Shown piece by piece: positions 52,971 through 63,483 of a DNA stretch of 64,000 nt; position 1 is the stretch's first letter, and each line of letters starts with the position of its first letter. Under the pieces are notes generated by a model. It had not been told where the DNA came from, did no database searches, and saw nothing but the letters and a program-made list of their open reading frames with translations. Source of the DNA: Torpedo marmorata (Eukaryota); NCBI GenBank assembly GCA_977017645.1, contig OZ360230.1:31558001-31622000 (forward strand), written 5' to 3'. The translations under genes were made by a program, and so were the position numbers.

Positions 52971-53140
52971 TTGTTCGGACGTCTGCCGGCATTTTCTCAT
53001 ACTTTGAAGAAGGGCTCAAGCCTGAAACGTCGGTTATGTATTTCTACCTTTGCTACATAAAAGACACTGTTTGACCTGCTGAGTTCTCCAGCTTTTGTGT
53101 TTTTTACTCTAACCACGGTGTCTACAGATTTTCGTGTTTA
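52971..53140 (+). mobile_element. Short Penelope-derived 3'-tail insertion splitting the Gmr1 pol
   Basis: Interrupts MLCHQ / PVLKSP; homologous to the minus-strand tail at 56556-56662 plus 57046-57070. Confidence 0.65.
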
Positions 53141-55346
53141 CTTTTGGTGGCATAACATGGCTTTCAATTTGACAAATGCTTCCTGACAACCTGTTGACCA
53201 TACAAATTTCTCTTTCTTTCTAAGCAAATTTGTGAGAGGGAGCGCAAGATCAGCAAAGTTTTTACAGAACTTGCGGTAGTAGCCAATCATTCCCAGGAAC
53301 CTCCTCAGAGTTTTCTTACCAGTTGGAACAGGGAACTCGGAAATAGCGACAACCTTTGCCTCTACTGGCGCCAACTTCCCCTGTCCTACTACATAACCCC
53401 GAGAATTAACAGTCCTATGACCCTCTCTGAATCTGGTTTCATCTGTCTCCTCCTTACCCCTGTCAATAACCAGCACCTCTGGTACATTTTCAGTCCCTTT
53501 GTGTGGCACCTATTCAAAATACGGCTTAATCATATTCACATGACAGACCTGTGTGTCTCGTCTGCGATTAGGTGTTTCTATGACATAGGTGACATAATTA
53601 ATTTTTGACTTAACTCTATAGGGTCCTGAAAATCTAGCCCTAAGATGATTTGAATGGATGGGAAACAGAACTAATACGTTCTCACCAGGTTTAAAAGTTC
53701 TCATCTTCGCCTTTCGATCATACCAAACCTTCATTCTCTGTTGAGTGGCCTTTAAATTCTCCTTTGCCATCTCACAAGCCCTATGCAATCGATCCTTAAA
53801 TTTGGAAACATAATCTAACAGATTTAAATGCACATCACGATTAATCCACTGTTCTTTTAATAATCTTAAAGGACCTCTCACCTCATGTCCGAAAACTAAC
53901 TCGAATGGACTAAAACCAAGTGAGTCTTGGACAGACTCCCTCGCTGCAAATAACAACAAATGAACCCCCTCATCCCAATCCTTTTCCTTCTCACAACAAT
54001 AGGTTCTAATCATGGTTTTCAAAGTCGAATGGAACCTCTCCAAGGCCCCTTGACTTTCTGGATGGTACGCAGAGGATACAATCTGTTTAACTCCTAGTCC
54101 ATCAACCACTTGTTGGAAAACACCTGACATGAAATTACTGCCCTGATCTGATTGAATTTCCCTTGGCAAACCTACCAAGGTGAAAAACTTTACCATAGCC
54201 TTTACAATGGACTTTGCTTTTATGTTTCTCAGAGGAATGGCCTCTGGAAATCTGGTGGCTGCACAAATAATTGTTAACAAATATTCATTCCCCGCTTTGG
54301 TTTTGGCCAATGGGCCAACACAGTCCACAATTACTCTCGAGAAAGGCTTACTGAAAGCAGGGATAGGTTGCAAGCGTGCCACCGGGGGACCCTGATTAGG
54401 TTTACCCCCCCCCTGACAAGTGTGACAGGCCCGGCAAAAGCTTACAACCTCCCTTCTTAAACTGGGCCAATAAAATTGTTTCATTATCTTCCGTATAGTT
54501 TTCTTCACCCCAAGATGACCACCTAAGGGTGTACTATGAGCCAAAGTTATTATTTCATCCCTATATACTTTAGGGATCACAACCTGCTGCACTACTGCCC
54601 ATTCTTCATTGGCTGGAACATCACGTGGTCTCCACTTTCTCATCAACACCCCATCTTTTTCATAATAACCTACTGGCACCTTTTTAATCTCCTCTTCAGA
54701 GAGAACCTTATCCCTCACCTCAACAAGATCAGGATCGTCCTTTTGCCTTGCTATTAACTCCTGTCGGGATAGTGACAAATCTGTGCCTTTAGGTGTCTTA
54801 TCAGTGGATGGGTGTAACATAGGAGATTGCTCAACCTTTTCCAGGTTTTCTTGATTATCAGTTTCTTTTTCTTTTACCAAGTTATTTTCCACTGCCTTCT
54901 CTACAGTCATCTTCACAAAAGAAAACAGATCAACTTGATTGAATTTCAGGATCAATTCTGAATGTAAATTGTCTTGAAAATCAATTACTGACAAATAATC
55001 TACACCTCTTCCATGTATTCCGTTTTCAATTATTTTTGTCAAAACTAATCCATCTAAGTGTTCCAGTTGATCTTCTCATGTTGTAAATAATCCTGATGCA
55101 AATCCAAAATTTCCACTTCCTTCAGATTCACCTCCATATATTTCAACTTCTCCCACAACAAGCTGCAACTGGAACAAGCACTCTTAATTGAGCCCCACAT
55201 GTATGAATATGTTCAAAAACCTTTTTCACACAATTTGGTATTACTTAGCTACATCTAATGTGTATCGCTTGCAAACATCTTATGTGTGAACAATAAAGAA
55301 CTAACCACATGTAATATCACTGCTGCCTATCCATGTTTAAATACAG

Positions 55347-55783
55347 CTGCAACAACCTCTCAAACTACAATGACTCCCCCTGCGACACATTCAAAATCAA
55401 TACTGTTCACTTCAGAGACAACGAGCACACCAACAACAAAGCAGAGCTCCACTCCTCCACCAACAAGTGAAACTACCACGTCTGCAACAGATTTCAGATT
55501 TATTGTCAGAGTACATACATGACATCACATACAATGCTGAGATTCTTTTTCCTGTGGGCCAGGAAGAATTAGCACTTATTGGTAGTGCAAAAAAAAACTA
55601 CACAACGTACACATGTAAACAAATAAAGAAATGTAAACAGACTGTGCAACACAGAGCGGAGAAAATAAATCAATAAAGTGCAAAAGTAAGAGTCCTTAAA
55701 TGATTCCCTGATTGAGTTTGTTGTTGAGGACTCTGATGGTGGAGGGGTAGGAACTGATGTCAGTTCCACAACAACAGGAATTT
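55347..55783 (+). pseudogene. PTS exon disrupted by a ~260 bp insertion
   Basis: ATACAG acceptor; exon breaks at 55489, resumes ACTGATGTCAGTTCC at ~55753; GTAAGT donor at 55784; in-frame stop at 55520-55522. Confidence 0.75.
55490..55751 (-). mobile_element. LINE 3' tail fragment (Rex1/Babar-like) inside the exon
   Basis: Minus strand ends GACAATAAATCTGAAATC, like the Rex tail; similar to 51360-51430. Confidence 0.6.
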
Positions 55784-56240
55784 GTAAGTAGATAATGCTA
55801 TGTCGATGAACAATAGGGTATCAATCTCAGTAACTAAATAAAGTAACACAGATGAACTGGGATGACTCTCATGGGCCATTGAGACAGGGATTCTTGTAAC
55901 TCGTCCACTGTGGTTAGAACTGTTCCGTTTTCTCTCATTGGTCTTACAACTAGTTCCTTTGCAAATGTTCTGATGATCTAATCTATTTGGACACAATCCT
56001 CATGCACCTTCATATGTTTCCCCTACTCCAGTTTCAATTACTCATGCTACAACTACTATCACAGGTGAGCCTGATTCAGTCACTCTTGCTTCAACCACCT
56101 AACTGGAACAATATCTAAATCCTTGATTATAGAAGGTGTTGTCAACGTGGAAATTTCCACTCTATATCACGAGCATACATGTTGTGAGTTAACAACAAAG
56201 ACATTTGATTTCCATGCTGAGTATCTATGTTTATATGCAG

Positions 56241-56402
56241 CTACATCATCTTCTCCTATACCCACTATAATGTCAACATCTACCACACCAATCACCAGGG
56301 AGCTAATGAACAGAACAACGACACAGAGCTCCACTCCTTCGCGAACAAGTGAAACTGATACATCGACAACAACTGATGTCAGTTCCTCAACAACAGCAAT
56401 TT
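56241..56402 (+). CDS. Diverged PTS exon, A/C type (162 bp)
   Basis: ATGCAG acceptor, GTGAGT donor, open frame. Confidence 0.68.
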
Positions 56403-56553
56403 GTGAGTATATTATCCTCTGTCCATGAAAAATAGAGTATAATTCTCTGTTACTAAATAAAGTAACACAGATAAACTGGATTGATACAAAATTTTAAGGC
56501 AGTATCTGTGGTATTGTCATTCTCATAAAATAAAACTTATCAACTTGATTGAA

Positions 56554-59500
56554 GTGAAACACGAAAGTCTGCAGACACTGTGATTATAGTAAAAACACAA
56601 AAATGCAGGACGAACTCAGCAGGTCTCGCAGCGTCCATAAAAGGTAAAGATATATAACCAACCATAGCACCATAAAACATTACAGCACAGAAAACAGGTC
56701 ATTCGGCCCTTCTAGTCTGTGCCGAACTATTATTCTGCCTAGTCCCACTGACCTGCACCCATTCCATATCCCTCCATACCCCTCCCATCCATGTTCTGTC
56801 CAAATTTTTCTTAAACGTTAAAATAGAGCCCACATTCACCACTTCAGCTGGCAGTTCTTTCCACACTCCCACCACTCTCTGTGTGAAGAAATTCCCTCTA
56901 ATGTTTCCCCTAAACTTCTCCCCTTTCACCTTTAATCCATGTCCTCTGGTTTGTATCTCACTTAACCTCAGTGGAAAAAGCCTTCTTGCATTTATGCTAT
57001 CTATACCTATCATAATTTTGTATATCTCTATCAAATCTCACCTTTGTTTCGGGCCTGAGCCCTTCTTCAATGCTCGAGCAATAAACAGGCAGGCACCTGA
57101 ATAAAAAAGGCTGGGGGAATGGGAAAAAAGGACAGGGGGAGGAGCACAGGACAACGGACATAAGGTGATAATTAGACATGCATAGGATGACAGGAGATGA
57201 AAGGTGAGTATTGATCGGGGGGAGGGGGTTGCTCTGTGAATAGGAGACAGAGGGAAAGGAAAAGAGAGATAGAGCTAGAGGAAATAAAAAAATAAGGATA
57301 GGGGAAGGGAAGAGATGGGGGTGGGGTGGGGGAGGAGGCAACAAAAACCAGAGAAGTCGATGTCAATGCCATCTTGTTGGAGAGCGCCCAGTTGGAATAT
57401 GAGGTGTTGTTCCTCCAAATTGTGAGCGGCCCCAGTTCGGCAGCGCTTGAGACCATGGACAGACATGTCGGTATGGGAATGCAGCGTGGAATTGAAATGG
57501 GTTGCCACTGGGAGATCTCCGTCACTGCGGTAGGCAGAGCTGAGGTGCCGAATGAAGCGATCTCCCAGTCTGCATCCAGTCCCTTCGATGCAGAGGAGAT
57601 CACAATGGGTGCACCAGATGCAGGAGATGACAACCGCAGATCCAAAGTGAAGTGTTGCTTCTCCCAGAAGGACTGCCCGGGGCCCCGAATGGTGGTGAGG
57701 GAGGGGGCGCAGGCGCAAGTTCAACACCTCCTGCGGTTACAGGGGCAGGCTCCAAGGTGTCGACTGGTGGGAAGGGTGGAGTGGACGAGGGAGTCACGGA
57801 GGGAGGGGTTCTTGCGAAAGACAGAGAGGGGAAGATGTGTCTGATGGTGGGATCACACAGTAGGTGGCAGAAATGCCAGAGGATAATGTCGCGGTCGCGT
57901 ACTTACCTGCTTCGGGAGAAGTGCCTGTCGCCACTGATAACTTATCCAGGGCAATGCGTAGGAGTAGTAGCCACATGCGCGGGTCGGAACGGGGGGGGCT
58001 GCGTACACTGTGACAGATCTTGGACACAGGAGGAGGAGATTGAGCGCGTTGAGATCACCCGTGTGGCGGAGAGCCAATGAAAAGGTCAGGTGGGTTTGGC
58101 TGGGTGATGTTTTGTGCGATGAAGAATTTATTGTTGTGGCTGAGAAGAATAAAGAGGGTCAACTCCATTTTGTACTGAAAAATGAGTGAGTGTATTCTTT
58201 TTATTGTGTGTATACCGGGTAAATTATAGCTGCCACAATGATATGTTGGATGCAGAGGCTGGTGGGGTGGTAGGTGAGGACAAGGGGAATCCCATCCTTA
58301 CTGCGCGTGGCAGCGGATTGAGACAGGGTAAATGCGTGGGTAATGGGGGATATGTGGGCGAGGGTTGAGCCAATGGCAGCAGAGGGGAAGCCACGTTTTT
58401 TGAAGAAGGAGGACATCTACCATGGAAGACTTCGTCCTGGGAGCAGATGCGACAGAGTCAGAGGAATTGCGAGAAAGAATACAATCTTTACAGGAGACAG
58501 GGTGTGAAGAGGTGTCGTCAAGGTAGCTGTGGGAGTTGGTGGGTTTGTAGAAAATGTCTGTCGAGAGTTTGTCTCCCGAGATGAAGACAGAGAGATCGAG
58601 AATGGGGAGAATGTTGCTCGAGATGGACCAAGTGAATTTGAGGTTGGTGTAGGAGTTGGCAGCAAAGATGATAAAGTGAACAAGCACATCATGGGTGCAT
58701 GAGGCAGCACCAAAGCAGTCATTAATGAAGTGGAGGAAGAGTTGAAGAGCCTTGCCTGTGTAGGCTTGGAGGATGGATTGCTCCACATAGCCAACAAAAA
58801 AGCAGGCATAGCAGGGACCCATGCAGGTACCCATGGCTACCCCTATGACTTGGAGAAAGTGGGATAAGTTAAAGGTGAAGTTATTGAGGGTGAGGACAAG
58901 TTCTGCCTGCAGGAGGAGGGTGGTGGTGAAGGGGTACTGGTTGGGTCTGTTGTCGAGGAAGAAAGGAAGGGCTTTGAGGCTTTCATATAGGGGTGGAGGT
59001 CTATAGTGATTGGATGTTCATGGTGAAGATGAGGCGGTCGGGTTCAGGGAACTGGAAGTAGTCGAACTGATGGAGGGCATGTGTAGGTGGGGAGGGACTG
59101 GTCCAGGGGGAACAAAACGGATTTGAAGTAAGCGGATACCAGTTCGGTGGGACAGGAGCACGCGGAAACAATGTGTCTACCGGGACAATTGGGCTTGTGG
59201 ATCTTGGGTAGGAGGTAGAACTGGGAGGTGCGGGGTTGAGAAACAATAAGGTTGGACGCCGTGGAAGGGAGATGACAAGAAGTGATAAGATCAGAGATAG
59301 TTCATGAGAAGGTGATTTGATGGGTTTTGGTGGGGTCCTTTTGGAGGGGTAAGTAAGAGGAGGTGTATAACAGTTGTCTTCTGGCTTCGGCTAGAGAGAG
59401 GTCACTGTGCCAGACCACAACAGCGGCACCCTTGTCAGCAGGTTTGATAATGAAGTTGGGATTGGTGCGGAGAGAGTGGAGGGCAGAGTGTTCCAAGGGT

Positions 59501-60602
59501 GTGAGATTAGAATACGTGAGAGGAGTGGTGAATTCGAGATGGTTAATGTCTCGGCGGCATTTGGAAATATGAAGGTCCAAAGTGGGCAGAAGGCCAGAAC
59601 GAGGTGTCCTGGAGGAGGAAGAAGGTTTAAGGCGGGAGAAGGGGTCTGTAGTGTGGGGTGGAGAATCCTGGTGAACCTAGTGAGCACGGAGATGGAGCTG
59701 ATGGAAAGTCTGGCATCATGATGTGCGCGGAATCGTTGAGGTGTGAGTGAAGGAGGACAATGGTGAGGCCTCTACTGAGGACAGATCATTCCGACTGTGA
59801 GAGGGGAAGGTCAAAGGGGATGGTAAAGAACAGGCAAGGGTTGGAGTGAGGGTCAATGGGGTGGAGGGTGATGGGGGAGGAGGATGTGGTGGATCAGGAG
59901 GTGGAGGGTCAGAGGGATCCAAGGGAGGAAGGGGAGGTCAGAGGGGGGAAGGAGAGGATGAGAAGGGCCAGGGTAAGAGTTCGCAATAGAGGCTTGGTCC
60001 TGTAGGCCGCCAGGGCCGAGGTGGAGACCTGCATCGGAGATCGGAGAGGCTGCAGCCTTCTGGGAGGCGAGTTTTCGATCCTTGATGGACACCAGGCAAG
60101 TACAGAACCGACAGTTGAACAGGTGGATCTGGTGGAGGAAGAGGTGTACGAGAGGTCCGTGGCAGGTTGTGGTATGAGGTTTGGAGCTGTGGTAGTGAGA
60201 GAGCGAGGGTTCACTGGTATCAACACATGGAGGCGAGTGTGGACCGTAGGATACAGTGAGAGAAGCAAAGTCAGCAATAGTCAATGTAGTATAGGTAGCT
60301 GAGATCCTTGATGGGACCAAACTGGGAGACCTGGAACCGGAGCTGAAAGCCACGTGGCACAAGATGGCAGCGGAGACAAGTAGCCAGGATAGACAAGTGG
60401 CTGTGGAAGCGAGTCTGGGTAAGTACATGGTCGTAGAGCTTGAGAGCAGCAGGGAGTGCAGATGGGGAGCAGTGAGAGAGGCTCTCACAGAACTCCTTTT
60501 GAAGAGAGGAGAACTTCTTCAGGGTAGGCAACCCTCAAAGAGGTGCCGCAGTGGAGCCACCTAATGGATTAAAACACGAAAGCCTGCAGGCGCTATGTTT
60601 GA
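56554..60602 (-). mobile_element. Degenerate Penelope-like retroelement (RT plus GIY-YIG endonuclease)
   Basis: IKPADKG, MGTCMGPCYA, FINDCFG, TDIFYKPTNSHSYL, IPLVLTYHP, GIY-YIG remnant (VISCIWC...GCRLGDRFIRHL); flanked by TTGATTGAA at 56545-56553 and 60603-60611. Confidence 0.85.
56663..57045 (-). mobile_element. CR1 LINE 3' fragment nested in the Penelope tail
   Basis: IEIYKIM...TRGHGLK...FFTQRVVGVW...LP, CR1-type tail. Confidence 0.85.
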
Positions 60603-60997
60603 TTGATTGAATTTCATGATCGTTCTTGATTGTAAATTGTCTTGAAATCAATTGCTGCCAAATAATCTACTCCTGTTACAACGATTCCGTTTTCCATCAT
60701 TAATCCAGCTGTTAGTATTCTGGTTGATCTTCTCCTGTTGCAAAAATCCTGATGCAAATCCGAATATTTCATTTTCTTCAGATTCACCTACTTATATTTA
60801 AACTACTCCCACAACAAGCTGCAGTTGAAACAAGAACTGTTGCTTGAACCCCACATGTATGTCTCAAGTCATTTTTACAGAGTGTGGTGTTGCCAACAAC
60901 CTTCTTCTATGTATCACTTGCCAACATGTTGCGAGTGAACAAGAGAAAACATTAATTTTGTGTTATATTCATGCTGAATATCCATGTTTAAATGCAG

Positions 60998-61168
60998 CTC
61001 CAACAACCTCTCCAATTACAACAACTCCCCCTGCTCCAACTTCAACATCCATGACAACATTCACTTCGGAGACAACGAGCACAACATCGCAGAGCTCCAC
61101 TCCTCCACCAACAAGTGAAACTACCACGTCTACAACAACTGATGTCAGTTCCACAACAACAGGAATTT
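60998..61168 (+). CDS. PTS exon, B/D type (171 bp)
   Basis: AATGCAG / GTAAGT, PTTSPITTTPPAP...DVSSTTTGI. Confidence 0.75.
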
Positions 61169-61324
61169 GTAAGTGGATAATGCTATGAAAAATAAAGTTT
61201 CATTGTCAGTAACTAAACAAAATAACACAGATCAACTGGTTTGTATCTCATGAGCCATTGAGACTGTGGATCATTATTTGAGTCAAAAACTAGTAAATAG
61301 TCCACTCCACTGTCCGGAAGCCAC

Positions 61325-61525
61325 TGTATCCCTCTCCTTGTCCTATTGGATTCCATCTGCCATCATCCTCTCTTCATTTGGTTCACCTATCACCTGCCAG
61401 CACTTGCCTATCTCACTTCTATTTCTCTCAGTTCTGATTCACGGACTCAACCCAATACATCGACCATTTCTCTGCCTGCACAGATGCTGCCTCACCTGCT
61501 GAGTTCCTCGAGCATATTAGATTTT
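61325..61525 (+). mobile_element. Degenerate Penelope-derived tail fragment
   Basis: GATGCTGCCTCACCTGCTGAGTTCCTC motif shared with the 53070-53095 region. Confidence 0.5.
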
Positions 61526-62061
61526 GATCATGGAACAATGAGTTGGCTGGAAACTCAAGATATTCAAGAATCAAGATTCCTTTATTGTCATGTAATAATA
61601 CACAAAATGAAATAACGCACAAAATTTGACAACTTTTTCTTGCCATAAAGACTCACAGAGAGGCACCATTAGCATAGCATAGCCAGTGCTCCCAACAATA
61701 AGGAAAAGAGAAACAAAATAGAGTCTCTTCAGATACCGAGTACTCCCCCAACTGCTGCATCTGCTCTTGCATACTTCACAACAAAATAATTATTATAAAG
61801 ACAAAATAATTTAAGCTTATGTGACATTCCAGCTGAGTATCCATGGCTATGTGCCATAACAACTCCAATTATTCCTGCTGGTTCATCTTTTACATCCATT
61901 CTATCATAAACCATATCCTTTTCGAGACAAAAAGCGCAGCAATTTCAACACTCAAACATTAACAAGATTTATTTCAATTTCACAACTTAATAAACAGCAG
62001 AGAAGATCTTCAACAACTGTTTCTGGTCATGAAAAGAATGCCATCCATGTCATACTTTATT

Positions 62062-63302
62062 AGAACCATCGAACACTACAACACAGAAACAGGCCCTTTG
62101 ACCCATCTAGTCGATGCCAAAAGTTGTTCTACCTAGTACCATCGACCTGCACCCGAACCACAACTCTCCATACCCCTTCAATCCACGTACCTATCCACTC
62201 GAACCACAACCCTCCATACCCCTTCAATCCACGTACCTATCCAAATTTCTCTTAAATGTTGAAATCGAACCTGCATCCACCACCTCCACTGGCAGCTCAT
62301 TCCATACTCTTACCACTGTCTAGTGAAGAAGTTCCCCCTAATGTTCTTATTAAATATTTCACCTTTCACCCTTAACCCAAATCCTCTAGTTCTTGTCTCA
62401 CCCGACCTCAGTGGAAAAAGCCTGCTTGCATTTACCCTGTCTATACCCTCATAATTTTGTATACCTCTATTAACTCTCCTCTCATTCTTCAATAATCCAT
62501 GGAGTAAAGTCCTAATCTATTCAACCTTTCCCTACAACTCAGCACCTCATGTCCAGGCAACATCCTTGTAAATTTTCTTTCACTCTTTCAATCTTACTAA
62601 TATCTTTGCTGTCAGTAGGTGAACAAAACTGCACACAATTTTTCAAAATTGGTCAATCCAATGTCTTTTACAACTTTAACCTAACATCCCAGTTCCTGTA
62701 CTCAAAACTTTGATTTATGAAGGCCAACATGCCAAAAGCTCTCTTTACCACCCTATCTACCTGTGACACCATTTTCAAGGAATTATTTCTCTGTATTCCC
62801 AGATCCCTCTGTTCCACTGCACTCCACACTCAATCTTAGTGTCATCTGTAAATTTACTGATCCAATTTACCACATTATCATCCACATTGTTGATATAGGT
62901 GACAAACAACAATGATCCCTGAGGCACACCATCAGTCACATGCCTCCAGTCAGGGAGGCAATCCTCTACTACCACTTCTTGGCTTCCCTGCAAAGCCAAT
63001 GTCCAATGCAATTTACTACCTCATCCTGGATACCAAGTGACTGAACTTTCTTGACTAACCTCTCATGCAGGACCTTGTAGAAGCCTTTACTAAAGTCCAT
63101 GTCGACAATGTCCACTGCCTTTCCTTCATCAACTTTCCTGGTAACCTCCACAAAAAAGCTCTATAAAATTGGTTAGTAATGACTTACCATGCTCAAAGCC
63201 GAGTTGACTATCCCTAATCTATCGAAATATTTATATATTCGGTATCTTAGAATACCTTCCAATAACTTATCCACTACTGACGTCAGGTTTACTGTCCTGT
63301 AA
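62062..63302 (-). mobile_element. CR1 LINE fragment (RT to 3' end), degenerate
   Basis: VDEGKAVDIVDMDFSK, GVPQGS, KFTDDTK, TRG...FFTR; CR1 tail near 62062-62100. Confidence 0.85.
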
Positions 63303-63483
63303 ATGTTAAGTTGCTGAGGAAGTGAATTTTAGTCAGTGTAATATTATACAATACAGGACATACTTTCATTCTCTGTCAATCTTTACTATGGTGATAATAT
63401 TATCAAAAAGTGAATTGTTGAAATAGACTTCTTCTCAAAACAATATTTTAGAGAAAGTTATCATAATTTCCTGTGAAACAAGA

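Larger units (their letters stand above)
51571..54900 (-). mobile_element. 5'-truncated Gmr1-type Gypsy retrotransposon (IN-RT-RH order) with 3' LTR
   Basis: Integrase (HHCC, IVDCVGP, SDQGSNF, GALERFH, GPY) upstream of the RT thumb (RRFLGMIGYYRKF) and RNase H (KELLALV, YTDHNPL, ADCLSR); PPT GAGGTTGGGAGG at 52426-52437; left-hand junction exact, right-hand approximate. Confidence 0.88.
1..61168 (+). other. Multi-exon mucin-like (PTS-domain) gene, internal portion only
   Basis: About 28 paralogous 162-177 bp T/S/P-rich exons bounded by CAG| and |GTAAGT/GTGAGT; all phase 1-1, all lengths multiples of 3; no start, stop or non-PTS domain seen. Confidence 0.8.

Noticed and set aside
53510-55042. 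510 aa ORF as a novel host-integrase fusion protein
   Set aside because: The first ~45 aa are antisense mucin intron joined at a deletion junction; no evidence of a promoter or selection
1-61168. Assigning a specific mucin gene symbol or species
   Set aside because: Only low-complexity PTS exons are visible and no diagnostic domain is in the window
62150-62245. ~45 bp tandem duplication
   Set aside because: Local duplication within a decayed CR1 3' UTR with no sign of function
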